A DNA stretch of 64,000 nt, from NCBI GenBank assembly GCA_015680685.1, contig MNCI01001077.1, positions 5,627-69,626 on the forward strand, written 5' to 3'. The position numbers were made by a program, and so were the translations under genes. The notes below the pieces were generated by a model, which worked only from the letters and a program-made list of their open reading frames with translations, was not told where the DNA came from and did no database searches. The stretch comes from Gnetum montanum (Eukaryota > Plantae > Gnetophyta). Shown here in pieces: positions 37,259 through 51,713 of the stretch. Position 1 is the first letter of the stretch; each line of letters begins with the position of its first letter.

Positions 37259-38208
37259 TGATGAATGGTGAGGTACCCCTACACTTAACCATACGAAACG
37301 AGCGTAGCATGCGCGATCTGGTCGAACTCCGTAGACTAAATGCCTACACGCCCCATGGAACACTTGGGGTTAATCATTTGTTTTCTTCCCAGACTTACTT
37401 GTGTTTTTCACAGTGTATGGGTAAGTAAGTCCGAGGTATATGATTTTTATATCTTTTCAATATTTTTCTCCTATGCTATCGAGGTGAAGGGTTGAGAAAC
37501 TAACTAACTCTAACTAATGAACTAAGTCTAAATTAACTAGTTTCAACATCCATTCCCACTTACCGTACACACCCTAAACTATGCAACCGTAGCTACCAAA
37601 CGCTAATCGTTACTGGGATCACCACACGTAACGCACATGCTCGAAGTGGTCATACTGATGATCTTAACTAGCCTAAACATGATAAGCATCCGTTCCTTGG
37701 CTATCCGTACACATCTATGAATGATCGTAACCAAGTCATACTTATCGCACGTTCTAGGAGATAAAGGTGAGAGAGACTAATTGCGATGAGCAGCCGATTC
37801 CTTGATTAGCCGTACACATTCGTAAATGCTCGTAATCAAGTCGTACTCATGCCACGCTAATTTAGGGTAATAAATAATAGGTAAGAAATAACATGTAATA
37901 AATCCTATTCCATGCACTACAAGGTTTATCCACAAAGCTCGTCTTTATTGCCGTACACAACTTGCGTTCAGGTACAAAGCTGCTTGAATAAAGATCCGAT
38001 TACTTGGGGACTCCTACTACAGGAGCATTGAAAATATTCTATCTCTAGAGTGATCAATCTACCGGAGTTTTCCTACTTTTAGCCTAGGATGAAAAATAAG
38101 GGGAGTGCCACCTCTTATTTATAGATTTGGCAGTGGACCACAATATCATGTACACGACATCGCAAGGGATGACATGATATTGCGGCTCATGTGAATTACG
38201 TCTCATCA
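37259..38208 (-). repeat. Element F 3' LTR (950 bp)
   Basis: Direct repeat of 43481-44410; followed on + by TACCCCCATGACTGAATGAAAA, the reverse complement of the PPT region. Confidence 0.92.
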
Positions 38209-38634
38209 TACCCCCATGACTGAATGAAAACTTGTCCTCGAGTTCCTTACAATAATATCAGGAAGGTATGGAATTATTGAGGGGAATGGAACTAATGGGA
38301 TGACATGTGAATGGATCATCATTACAAGACTTGACAAAACTAGTGTCCATGACAACAAGGGTGAACACCTTATTACAATGACATCAGGCCTTTGTTGGAA
38401 GCTAAGAAAGACAAAGAGAAAGAAGTGTTGTTGCTGCCAATGCCAAGGTTACACCTTTCGTTGTCCATCTGTAAGTGCACCATCGATCTTGCTCCTTGCA
38501 TAGCTGCTTCAGCGCTACTCCATTCCAAGTGTTTGCTCCAAATCCAATCCATTGTTTGTATGATCACCATCTGCACAAAAAACACAATCTTATATTAGCA
38601 AGGGTAAATGAATCATCATGTAATTGATACCTTG

Positions 38635-39898
38635 NNNNNNNNNNNNNNNNNNNNNNNNNNNNNNNNNNNNNNNNNNNNNNNNNNNNNNNNNNNNNNNNNN
38701 NNNNNNNNNNNNNNNNNNNNNNNNNNNNNNNNNNNNNNNNNNNNNNNNNNNNNNNNNNNNNNNNNNNNNNNNNNNNNNNNNNNNNNNNNNNNNNNNNNNN
38801 NNNNNNNNNNNNNNNNNNNNNNNNNNNNNNNNNNNNNNNNNNNNNNNNNNNNNNNNNNNNNNNNNNNNNNNNNNNNNNNNNNNNNNNNNNNNNNNNNNNN
38901 NNNNNNNNNNNNNNNNNNNNNNNNNNNNNNNNNNNNNNNNNNNNNNNNNNNNNNNNNNNNNNNNNNNNNNNNNNNNNNNNNNNNNNNNNNNNNNNNNNNN
39001 NNNNNNNNNNNNNNNNNNNNNNNNNNNNNNNNNNNNNNNNNNNNNNNNNNNNNNNNNNNNNNNNNNNNNNNNNNNNNNNNNNNNNNNNNNNNNNNNNNNN
39101 NNNNNNNNNNNNNNNNNNNNNNNNNNNNNNNNNNNNNNNNNNNNNNNNNNNNNNNAGAAGGGCCTTAGTTAGAGGGAACACTTTTGGTTCCATAACCAGT
39201 GCTTGTAGCCCAAGTTTTATTTCTTCTAAGGGGTGTGCTTTGAATTCTCACTTTGTTTTTTTTTGTGTTTTGTGTTTTTATGTGTGAGAACCACACCATG
39301 CAAAGACTTTTTATTTTTATTAACTTAACTTCCAATAATTGGGTAACATCAGAACGACAAAAAAATTCAAGAAGAAAACATCCAAGCACCCAAGAGAACG
39401 ACTAACAAAAAAGCATCAAGTTCCCTTGAAGTCACACCCTTTGCAATCCTTGAGTCCTTCCTTAGTTTGAGAAATGCCCAGCCATTGATTCATTTAAGTT
39501 TCTATTAGAAGGGGATTGTACATTTCCAAGCTGAGAGAGACCATAGAAACTAGTGGATGGATGGATGAAGTNNNNNNNNNNNNNNNNNNNNNNNNNNNNN
39601 NNNNNNNNNNNNNNNNNNNNNNNNNNNNNNNNNNNNNNNNNNNNNNNNNNNNNNNNNNNNNNNNNNNNNNNNNNNNNNNNNNNNNNNNNNNNNNNNNNNN
39701 NNNNNNNNNNNNNNNNNNNNNNNNNNNNNNNNNNNNNNNNNNNNNNNNNNNNNNNNNNNNNNNNNNNNNNNNNNNNNNNNNNNNNNNNNNNNNNNNNNNN
39801 NNNNNNNNNNNNNNNNNNNNNNNNNNNNNNNNNNNNNNNNNNNNNNNNNNNNNNNNNNNNNNNNNNNNNNNNNNNNNNNNNNNNNNNNNNNNNNNNNN
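38635..39898. other. Assembly gaps (38635-39155 and 39572-39898; also 63219-63579 and single Ns at 11143, 52594, 53181 and ~59866)
   Basis: Runs of N. Confidence 0.98.
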
Positions 39899-40014
39899 AC
39901 AAAAACTAGAAAAGTTAAAGAAATTTGTAAAACAAAAACTAGAAAAGTTAAATAAATTTGTAAAACAAAAACATGTAAAACAAAAATTGAAAAAGAACTA
40001 AGGGCCCCATATGA

Positions 40015-43000
40015 TCAGCATAGGTGGCCATCTCCCCCATGAATGAGTTGTAAGGGAGAGATCTGAAATAATGAGCACTTGTTTGAATTTCTAAGAAGTG
40101 TCCAAATTTTCCCAATTGATGATCTGAGATTAAGCGGTGGAAGTTGGCGACGCTCATATTCCAATGTATATATGATTTCGTTATGGACATGGGTTTCCTC
40201 AGTTCGTTCCATGCATATTTGCTTGCTTCTTCGAGTAGCTGTCAACCACGGGGTGTCTACTACTAGTTGTGTGGTTGCTACATACAAGCATCTTTGTTTC
40301 AAAGTTTTGAGAGCACACCTATTACATGGAGGCATTTCCTTCATGTCATCACTCGATGAATCACTATATGTGATGCATCGAACTTTCCTCTTCTCGATCT
40401 TTCCACAAATGTTTATCTTAGAGATTTCCAAGGAAAGCGGATCTTAAGGCATGCATCTATAGTAGTAAGCCATGCCCTTCCCATTATAATTGGGAAGTCC
40501 CCTTCGTTGTTGTTGACTTCAATCACCTAGAAATTAGCTGGGTAGGACCAACCACACATAGTGGTAATGATGTCCTCCACCAATCCCAAGGGAATGGTGA
40601 TGGACTAGTTTGCCAGCTCTAGTTGAATGTTGCTCTTCTTAAGTTGGGGTAGGTTCCAGGTGTAATACATCTCTCGTGATATTAAGTTGACTCCAGAACC
40701 GAAGTCAAGAAGAGCGCTATGGGGTTTGTTCCTGACAATCTATAAATAGATTAAGGGACTCTTAGGGTCAGTTAGTTTCTTGGGAAGGTGGCCTACCTTA
40801 ATCCAGTCGGTTATGGTATGTGTTAACATAACCGTATGCGTTACGCTCTGTTGGACTGAAAGGTGCTCCGAAGTGTTAGATGGTAGAGGAGTGTACATGG
40901 GCCAAAACTCTTCTTGTTGCGAGATTTTTTTTGGGCTTTTAGTTCTGAAGAAGGGTCTTCTCTTTTTACAGTTGTCAGAACCAGCAATAGGTTAGATATT
41001 TACAGCTCTCGCAACATGACGCTGCTATGGTTGAGGAGGAAGTTCCCCTTGCATTCGGAGCAGGAGGTGTTATGGAAACTACTTGTGGTGGAAGAGGTGC
41101 CGATGGATTTGGAGGATGGTGTGGATATGGAGTGTCTCCTAGAAGAGAAGGAGTCCTTCTGAAGTACTCCCAAACTTGGTAGTGACAGTTGGAGGTAGTG
41201 TGACTCATAGAGCCACTTGGAGAAGTTAGCTACTGCACATAATATCCATAAGGGTCAGGCTGCCGATAAGGGTACTGATGTTTCAGCGATGGCATCCCTC
41301 ATGACTGTGGGTATTACCACTACTGATGCTATCCAATGGGCTATGGTGGAGTTCCACTTGGATAATACGTTAGTGGTTGGTGGAACTACCTTGGGTTACC
41401 TTGTGGATAAGGTAACCTTTGGGGTGTTTGCCATTGGTTGAGTCTTGGATTTAGTGCATGCACCCCAGACTCCTGTAGATGTGAAATAATTAGACAACAT
41501 ACCTTAGGATGGTCATAGTGGTAGATCTCACATCCACCGTCATCGTCTGTGTTAGAGTTAATAGCCACATCAGAGTTAGTGATTTTCCCCTTACCCTTGT
41601 TATGTGCAAGGCTTAAATCTCTCCAATTTTTCTTACCTTTGTCACTACTTTGTTCTACCTTAGACTCTTCTACAATTTTTAAGACAGTTTCAATTTTAGA
41701 GTCTAAGGAACTCCATACATCATCTACCTTAGCCGCTATTTCTGTTGTCAACTTTTGAAGTGGTAAGTTCTTTCTGTTCACCAACTCTTCAATTGGTGAC
41801 TCATCCTCTTCATCACAAAATTTCACTCCCTTCTTTCAAAGAGAGGGATCATGGTTGTACTCTTCTGCTCTTTCCCTTTTTCGTAGCTCACCTTCTTCTT
41901 TTGCTACTTGTTCCAATAAATGATGAACTTCATGGGCTCTAAGTTGTGAGAGTCTCCCTTGGGCAAAAGACCCAAGGGTTCTTCTAGTTTCATGCCTTAG
42001 CCCATCCATGATGTGGTGAAGTTGATCCTGCTGAGCATACCCATTGCCCAGGCAACGATGTAACAATGTGTAGTAGTGGGCCATGGTAGCATCCAAGGGT
42101 TCATATGTACCTTTCTTCTAGCCTTGGATCTACTTACGCAAATTGGACACTCTGGAGTACGTTTGATACTTCTCGTTGAACAATTCTAGCATCGTACTCC
42201 ACCTCCTAATGGTTTCTGGTTCTAAGGACCAGTACCAACTCTCTGATTCTTTGGTGAGTATCCTTGGGAATAACTTAATTTTTTTCCACTAATTTTCTAT
42301 ATTTTGCAAGGCATAGGCATCGTGGAATGCCTATAAATGATTTTGTGGATCAGCATTGTATCCCCCTTCAAATCATGGGATATTGTTCATGTCTAATCAT
42401 TTGATCTGACTATCTTTTAAATGCCTTGTGGGAATCCTAACTACCTCCATCATGTCAAGCATACTTTAGGTTGCAAGTAGGGGCTCATCATGATCATCTC
42501 TTTCATGACATCTGTGATGTCTGCGTTTTTCCCTACTCTTCCTATGTCCTTGCCCTTGTCCTCTCTCTCAACTTTCCCGTCGAGGTCTCATTTTTCTTAC
42601 CTTTATCCTCACCTTTATGTTCATGGTGGCTGTGCCCAGATGTGAAAGGAGAGGGTGAGTGATGTGAAGAAGGGGAAGAAGAAGGGAAACCATCGTCATG
42701 ATGATGTTTCTTGCATTCTCTTTAGTTGCTACGGCCCCAATCGTGGTGACGATCTGAGTGCCCATCCTTAGCATGAGTGGTTGTTCCCTCTATGAATAGT
42801 TGGTGTTCATGGACATCAGAACCATGGTTATGTATTTTTGATCGTAGGTTCCGATACCCAACCTCCTCATCATTGTTAGGAGGGGGAACATCATTTACTA
42901 AGGAGCCCGTTATAAGGGGTTCCTCATCTTCTATTTTGCTAAGGATGTGCAGACCTTTGCCCTTTAGAAAAGTATGTTGACTCTCCTGCCTTAAGTCCCT

Positions 43001-43036
43001 CATACGTTGGGAATCTATGGGATAATAATCCATCAT
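40015..43036 (-). pseudogene. Element F gag-protease
   Basis: Capsid motifs KIKLFPRILTKESESWYWSLEPETIRRW and HYYTLLHRCLGNG; protease TDPKSPLIYL...SALLDFGSGVNLI (~40680-40775); no RT downstream. Confidence 0.8.
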
Positions 43037-43461
43037 GTCAAAGTCTTCAGCAACGTATTCAGCAAATAGTTCTTGTATGCCAATCTATGTCAAGGCATGG
43101 AAAAGCATGCGAGAGACTAATCAATCTGGGGGTAACACGGTGTTCCCTTGCAAATCTTTCCATCGCAGCTATTTTTCTTGATGGAGGATAAAAGTAAATT
43201 CTAGAATATACTCATCAGGATGAGTATAAACTATCGTGTATTGTTTAGGACTTGGCTAATTTTGGCTATGTGTTTTATCTTGCCGACTATCTCATGTATG
43301 GTCCTTAGGTGGTGAGTTGCTCTTATGAGAAGAAGGCATTGTTATCGGTGTGCTAATTCACTGTTATATAAATTTTTTTCTTGATTAACCCAAAGGTTCA
43401 TTAAGGCTCACAACTATGTGAGTGATATTCCTTATGTTCTATTCAGCGCACAAACACTTAG

Positions 43462-43479
43462 TCCCCGACAACGATGCCA
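43462..43479 (-). promoter_or_regulatory. PBS (tRNA-Asp type) of element F
   Basis: Minus strand TGGCATCGTTGTCGGGGA, 1 bp from the 5' LTR. Confidence 0.85.
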
Positions 43480-43480
43480 A

Positions 43481-44410
43481 TGATGAGTGGCAAGGTACCC
43501 CTACACTCAACCATAAGAAACAAGAATAGCACGTGCGATCTGGTCAAAATCTGTAGACTAAATGCCTACACGTCCCATGGGACACTTGGGGTTAATCATT
43601 CGTTGTCTTCCCAAACTTACTTGTGTTTGTCACGATTTATGGTTAAGTAAGTCCGAGGTATATGATTTTTATATCTTTTCAATGTTTTTCTCCTATGCTA
43701 TCGAGGTGAAGGGTTGAGAAACTAAATAACTCTAACTAATGAACTAAGTCTAAATTAACTAGCATCAGCATCCGTTCCCACTTACTGTACACACCTTGAA
43801 CTATGCAACCGCGGCTACCAAACGCTAATCGTTACTGGGATCACCATGCATAACGCACGTGCTCGAAGTGGTCGTACTGAGGAACTTAACTAGCCTAAAA
43901 GTGATAAGCATTCGTTCCCTGACTATCCGTACACATCCTTGAATGCTCGTAACCAAGTCATACTTATCCTACGTTCTAGGAGATAAGGGTGAGAGAGACT
44001 AATCACGATGAGCAGCCGATTCCTTGATTAGCCGTACACATTCGTAAATGCCCATAATCAACTCGTACTCATGCCACGCTAATGCAGGGTAATAAATAAT
44101 AGGTAAGAAATAACATGTAATAAATCCTATTCCATGCACTACAATGTTTATCCACAAAGCTCATCTTTATTGCCGTACACAACTTGCGTTCAGGTACAAA
44201 GCTGCTCGAATAAAGATCCATTCACTTGGGGACTTCTACTACGGGCACATGGAAAATATTCTATCTCTAGAGTGATCAATCTACCATAGTTTTCCTACTT
44301 TTATTATAGGATAGAAAATAAGGGGAGTGCCACCTCTTATTTATAGATTTGGTGGCGGACCGCGATATCGTGTACGCAATATCGCAGCTCATGCGAATCG
44401 CTTCTCATCA
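43481..44410 (-). repeat. Element F 5' LTR (930 bp)
   Basis: TGATGAG...CTCATCA; direct repeat of 37259-38208. Confidence 0.92.
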
Positions 44411-45890
44411 ACATATATAATATGGACAATAATTATTGGCCATTGTGTCCATACATTATTCTAAAACCCTCTAGGAACTATCTACTACATAGAGGGGTAA
44501 GTAAGTTGTTACCTTTGGTTTATGGTTATTTTTTCTTTCATTATGTGCTTAAGTTATAAGGTTTTCTTGTTGTTTCACTTGCCTACATGTTTATGATGGA
44601 TGAGCAAGGCTTAATCAAAGGTGAAAATGTCTTCCTCCTAGCCTAGAAAACTTTAGAGGTGTTTATCAAAAGCCCAAATATGAGGCTTGTGATAGTGAAG
44701 AAATTGAAAGGTGACTTTGAAGAAAGCACCAAACAAAACCCTAAGGCTTATAAGAGATGTCTAGCAAATGGGACAATAGATAGTTGGTGGGAAACCCATC
44801 TCTTGATGACATCAAAGTAAACCCATCTCCTAGAGGTCCTATAATGCCTACATCATATAAGTGAAGTAAGTGTTTTTTTTTATTAATTTAGGATTATTTA
44901 TATGCTAACTTTTTTTTAGTTATGTGGTTATTAATTTATTTTAATTTTGGTTGTTCAAGTAGTTGCCTTGGTTTCATCTTAATTTGGCTATTCTTATTAC
45001 ATTTTGTCTTACATGGTGCACCTATGCTAAGGCTAATAAGCTATCTTTTATTAGGTTGTAGAGGTCACTCCATCAGTTGAAGTTATGGTCATGACCATAG
45101 GAGGTACTAAGGAGACCTTGATCCTCAAGTTTAGTGAAGTGGAAAATTTATAGAGCTAGTTGTCTAACTAGGCATCTAATGCTATCCATGCAAGGATCAT
45201 TCATGTAGGCCTACTTGACCTCTTCATGGTTCCAAGCCCAACCATTTTCATTGTAAACATGTTGAACATCCTTGAATCCTTTAGCCAAGGAGTCAAAATG
45301 TTTGTCACCTATGTTCACAATGTAACTATGATCTTGGATATTAATGCATCCACCTTTAGTGACCTCTTCAATGTTCCAAATGATGGTATACCATTTTCCA
45401 CCAAGGTAGGGATTGAAGTGGAGCATTGGGATGAAGTGGAGGATTGGCTAAATGCTCAACATGTTAGTAAGGGATTCTCTCTAAGCCAATTCAAAAATTT
45501 AGATGCTAGGGAGGTGTATCCCTTATTTTAATTACATTCATTTCCTAAGTTGATATCATGGGGAAACGTTTTAGGAATGGAGCAAGCTTGGGCCATGAAG
45601 CAGGTACTCACTAAGAGTGCTCAGTTCAATGGGCCTATTCACTTATTTTTTGGGCTGTAATAGGAAGTTGTGAAACTCAAAGAGAATATCAAGATGAAGT
45701 GTCATATGTATTTCATAGTTTTCATAGCTTATCTATAGAGATTCATTGAGTTCCTTGTGGTGAGAAAGGATGGGGTATGGATGAGTCAAGATCCATCCCA
45801 ACTCACCTAGTCTTTGATAAGGCATCTTACTTCCACCACACATGCCCAAGATCCACCAAATGATGTGGGTTAATTATTGTTCATCAATAC

Positions 45891-46767
45891 TAATGGGCAA
45901 TGAGGTACCCCTATGCCCAACCATACAAATCACAAGTGTTCACACATGATCCAGTCAAATTCCATGGATGGGACAAGTTGTGCATCTATATCGTTATGTC
46001 TTTATTGTAGTTTGTTGTCTTCCCACTTGGACTAGTGGTAGCTTTATCATGTATGATTTAGTCCAAAGTGAGGCATATGATTTATGTTTTCTAACCCTAT
46101 GCTTCTCTTAATGAAAATAAGGGATAAATTAATTAAGCTAATAATAGTAAAAAGTAAAACCTAAACTAGCCTATGTGCAATGAGCATTTTTTCCTAATCG
46201 TCTACACACACCTTGGACTTCATATAACTACTACTAGGACTACCAAGGATATGTCACTAGGCTTACCAAATGGTACACTATTGGGTTACCAAGTAATTAC
46301 ACTTAAAAACTTGCAATTATTCATACTCATTCTACTTAATGATAGAAATAGTAAATAAAAATAAATGGAAACATTAACTAAAGAAAATAGTATACAATTA
46401 AAATAAAGAATAAATCTAAGTAGATGTTGCAATGATGGAAGTAATCTTACTCTTTATTTTTGGTCATGTAACACATCCAAGTATGTCACACTTGAATAAG
46501 GATGTTGTACAATCACAAACATCATACTGTGGGCATGCACTTGAAAACAACAGAACTTGAAATCACAAAGCTTATGAAAAACTATCTAAAATATATTAAC
46601 AAAACTATGTCCCAACCATGCACCCAAGTGTTGTATTTATAGGCTAGCATAGAATAGATAATATTGGATATCCAACATTATTTCTTAGGATCCAATATTG
46701 TGTATATGATATTGAGGCTTTGATATTGGATATCCAATATTGGAGCTAACAAAATCATGAATCATCA
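45891..46767 (-). repeat. Element G 3' LTR
   Basis: Direct repeat of 54014-54863. Confidence 0.88.
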
Positions 46768-46939
46768 TACCCCCATGATTGAATGAAAACTCATCCTTAA
46801 GTTAACTAAAATGAGGAACATGTTCTTTACAAAATATTGGGAAGATATGGAATTATTGTTTAACTTAACAAAAAAAAATTTACTCTTACATGCCATAGTG
46901 GTGGTTTACAAAAATTTGGACATGACATTAAAAGACACA

Positions 46940-49638
46940 AAATGTAGTTCCCAAAGGTAGTGGCTCTTCCATCGGTCAATTCCATTTGTCACTAGGTTTC
47001 TAAAATTCATAATGATTGAGTAGTGCCTACAACTTTTCTTCCACCATTCATTGATCATGTATCATCTAGGCTACTAAACCGATGTGTGCTAGCACCAATA
47101 CATCCCATGGATATGGAAACTATGAAAACATTTTGTTGGCCTTCACATACTAGGTTGTAAACTATTGTCATTCTTCTTCAAAGGCCTTAGCCATTTCTTT
47201 CAACTCATGATTATTTTTTCGTCTCCTAGCTAGGTCTGAAGAAACATCTATTTATCCATGCTAGCAAGCCTTGATCACCTTTAGTTCTAAGTGACAAGAA
47301 GTTTCTATAAAGAATCATGTTTGTCTGCAAAATCTTTTTCATATAGTACATAAGTGGTTGCTACCTACTTCTCTAGCTCACTTCTAGGATGACCTACTAT
47401 TAACATGGCAAGGTTGGCATATTGGAGGTTAGCCAATGCCATGTATTCTTTCAAGTTCTCAATCTATAGGTCTTTATTCATCACTTCTACTTAATGGACC
47501 ATTCATAACTATCTAGCATGGATTGCCAATTAGGATTTTGCATTTACATAGACCCAATGTGGGCTTTAGCCATCTATATTTCCTTTTCGTTGGTCTACTT
47601 GTACATGCTTACTTAGTCATAGAAGTGTTTCTTCAGCTTTTCATTCTTTTGGACCTCATTTTTCCATGCACTTATTTGGATTGTAGAATTTTGTCAAATA
47701 GTGTGGACCTCCTCCATTAAGAGGGTTTTTCTTTCTTTGGTCAATCTATTGATATTTGGTTAACTCTTGTTAGTTGATCTTTCAACTAATGGACACTTTC
47801 CTCTAGAACATTCTTTTGTTTCTCTATGATAGCCAACCTTGAATTTTCTTCTTGGGTGAAGGTTAGTACCTTCTTATAGACATAGGATTGTGCCTTAGTA
47901 GTAGAGGCATTCCAAACTACCTTCTCTTTTTCTTGCTTGGTAGCTTTGTTCTCTTTGATGAATTTGCTCAGTTTCTCTATTTTAAATTGATTTAGCTGGT
48001 CAAGTGTAACAAACAAGGTAGGTTCCCATCTTTCATCTCTTAAGGTAGCTAGCTCTTGTTGCAAGCATTACACTTCTACTTCTACATGTTTCTCCCTACT
48101 CTTAGCCATGACTAGCTTTTCCTTGGTGGTGATGAAGTCTGATTATGCTATAGTGACATCATTGGGGATGTTGATTAGGGTGGAAATTATTTGTTCCATA
48201 TGCAAAAATTGATCTAATACATCCTCATGTGCTGCAAGAGTCATTAAAATCCCAGTAAGAATTTTTGTATCCCTTATCCTAGTCAAATCGATTAGAGGCA
48301 TAACAAGCACATTGAAGGACTCCTTAATGTGATTTTTCATCACCTTTATTTTGCATGCTGCATCCTGATGTTGCATGAACACTACTATAGCACTTTCTCA
48401 TATCTCAAGCATCATTTGAAAGAATGTAGCATTACTAGAGGTTTGAAATAACCATTGGGATTCTCCTCATAATTGTATCAAAATCGATCCCCTTATTGGA
48501 TTTGTTGAAACAATGGACTACATAATGTCATTAATGACTCTAAAGAGGCTTGACTCTTATCCACTCCCCTGGCTGATTATTTGAGCAATTTTTTACAAGT
48601 GGCTCATTGTAGGCCTCTAGTCTTGTGGTGGCAATGGTGGAACATGTGGCTCACGATGTTGTTCAGGCCCTTGTTCTACTTCTTTTTCTGGTTCCACTTC
48701 CTTCTCTAATTCTTGTTCCTCACCAAGTTCTTTCCTTCATGTTGTCAATTTAAGAAATTTAGCAAAGGAAGCATTTCGAGCCCTCTTGGGAATGTCATTT
48801 GTGTACCCCCAGGATTCTAGTGTGCTTACACAGCTTCTAAATTAAACAAGGAAATGGAAGTATGAACTTTCCTACCTTCTTTTCTTCAAATTTCCTCTGA
48901 ATTTTCATGCAATATAACTAGGGAAAGTTGACCATGTATTTTCCCATTAGTATGGCACTTCCCCTAGCCATATATGTGGAGATTCTATTGATCCCTTTGG
49001 TGGGAAAGAGGTGATATGTCCCTACCTTGAAATAGGTCCTCTCTTTTAGAGTCAATTCATTATATGTCTTATCTTCTTTATTATAGGCCTACTTCAACCA
49101 CAACTTTCTGGTGTTAATGTCAGACCTCATGAATAAATGAGCTAACTTAGCCCCCTCATTTGGTAGATTTAGAGCTTTGGAAATTACTTTGACTAAGAAA
49201 AAAATAGTGACTCTACAAATGTTAATAGTGGTGCCCTCTTCTTTGTTATGCCAAAATTTGTAGGTTTTGCCAATGTACCATTCACCACTATCTGAAAGGA
49301 TGGGTCACAAAAGTGATGCCTAGAGTTATGTTTGAACTACCTTAGGAGAAAATTCCATAAATAGGTTGAAGTTCATCTCCAAGATGATCATGGTCAACAT
49401 GGATTTATCTTGAATAGCTTCAAGACATTTTGGGAACAACATGAGGTGTTGTCCCTAAATGGGAGCTTATGGTTCCATAGCCTCTCCTTGGACTAACTAC
49501 CCTATAATAGGAGCCTTTGGATGGATGCTCAATGATTGGGCCTCCTATTCCACATGCTCATCTTATTGGCCTCTACCACCTCTTGGACATTTGGCTACTC
49601 CTTGTGAAGGTCCCTCTTGTGCTCCTTTTTGAGACTAT
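46940..49638 (-). pseudogene. Element G accessory ORF2
   Basis: WYIGKTYKFWHN, LPFPCL-like motif, FMQHQDAA, HIKESFNV and a coiled-coil block; homologous to C and D. Confidence 0.78.
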
Positions 49639-51713
49639 CTATAATCAATCAAGGATCAAATGTTATTAAGATGTTATTATTTATTGTTAATAGGTTTACA
49701 CCTTACTCATGACCTTAGTTTCATTAAGTTCTTTTAGTTCATATAATTGCAAAGTTAGAAAAGTTTTTAGAAAAATGCCCAAAATGTATTCATCTTCTTT
49801 TATGACCTTTCGTACTTGGTTACTTTTTTTCTTATGTATGGCTTATTATGATAGTTATGGTCCCTTGGGTGGAAAAAATTGAAGTTTCTGAGGTTATTAC
49901 AATTGGTTTTTAATTAAAAAAATTAATTTTTTAAACATTATTACCCTTGTAATATCTTCTAGGTGATAGCGGATTTTGAAAAATTAATGTAAGTTTCCAC
50001 GCAAGCACACCCACACAACCAAATTGAACACTCCAAGCTTAAAGAAGTTCAAATAGGATGGAAATAAAACTAGAATCAAGAAAGATATCACAACTGGAAG
50101 TTAAATGTGCAGAGCTCTAAGTTACAAAAGAAAATTTGGAAAATTCCCCTAGCTACAAATGATGAGAATGGATTTTGGAACATCATGGAGATCATATATA
50201 GATTTTGAGGATCCAATATTGATTATTTGATGTCATGTCCAACCTAATATCAGGTAGTCAATATCATGGTTCATGAATTTGCATTGAATGAGGGTATTGT
50301 GCATGGAAAATGAAGCTATGTGATTAGTTGAAAGGTTAGGTTGGGTCCAAATTTCTAGGGTAAGTAGGAATTCATATTTAGGCACTGGAAGTGTTAGAAG
50401 ATGGAGTCGTTGATGTTAAGAGCTTTGGAAGATGCAAGAAAAGGGGTATTAAACTAATGGTATGAAATGGATTGGTTATATGAAAAGGGAAAGCATGAGA
50501 TTTGACAATTAAGCACTTTGAAGGTAAAGAATGATGTGGTTGTGTCAAATGAGTACAAGTTACAATAGTTACACAAGTGGGTCCTTCTCAAAGCAAGCTC
50601 CAACCTAGGATGCCCTTGTGTAACCACATCCAAAAATGTCCATAGGTACTAAAGGGATTGAATGCAATGCATACCTATGAAAGAAAACACACATGTTAAA
50701 ACCACCAACTTGAGAAAATAATTCTATGGTACATAAAACCACAAGTTAGGATCATATGGATAGTAAGATGAGATGGATTGTAGAAAGTATTACACGAAGT
50801 GAGATGTGAGGAATCTCACCAAAGGCATAATGAATCCTTGTGTGTTATTAATGGTTAAGTAATTATCAACCCTTCTTTCCAAGATTTAAACCAAGTCCAA
50901 ACCACACTACAATGATAGCACATTGTTTTGTCACTATGATGGACAACCATAAGACTATCATAGTTTCAAGAAGTAACATCACTTGGTGTTTTATCCAAGG
51001 GAGGAGCTTATTCATGGCACGTGTATTTTTTTATGGAAGTGATCTAAGAAGCTTCAGGCATGGGTACATGTCTTTCCAATGGAACCCTCAGAAGTTTATT
51101 CAGTGTCCTTTTATTTTACTCTTACTCCCATTTTTTTTATATCTACAAGGATATAATTACAACAAAAAAAACATTATAGAACATACAGAAGTGGTCAATG
51201 AGAATCCACAAATCCCCTTGATGTCACACATTTCACATTCCCCCTTGGTTCACCACTTTTCTATCTAGGAATAATGATTATGAATTTAGTTTTAGTTTTG
51301 ATGATGAAGAAGAATATCATTATGACTAGAGCAAGAACCTCTTATTAATGAAACAGGTGGATGGATGATGTGGCCTCACTATCCAAATAACCAAGTCCCT
51401 CATGGCATGACATCATAGAGAAAACCTCACCTCAATGGACTACATGATCATTTTATTCATAAGTAAGATAACATAACAAAGGAAATGAAAACAAAAAATT
51501 AAGAATGATGAAAAGGATAGAAAAAATTATATCAAGAAATAAGAAAATGATAAAAAATTGTAAAACAAAAAGATGAAAAACACCTATTAATCTTGAAGGT
51601 TAGAATGAGGGATTTCCCTCACAACTAAGCATTTAACTATGATAAGAATTAATAAGTAGACAAGCAGGATCCATGCATGTACAAAACATTGTTAATCATT
51701 TATTTTTGAGCCA

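Larger units (their letters stand above)
37259..44410 (-). mobile_element. Element F: non-autonomous Athila-like element with gag + protease
   Basis: LTRs 37259-38208 and 43481-44410; TSD GCATA/ACATA (1 mismatch); PBS at 43462-43479; PPT motif just right of 38208; two internal N gaps. Confidence 0.9.

Noticed and set aside
38564-40001. Long ORFs in the ORF track here and at 62980-63839
   Set aside because: They are read-throughs of N gaps.
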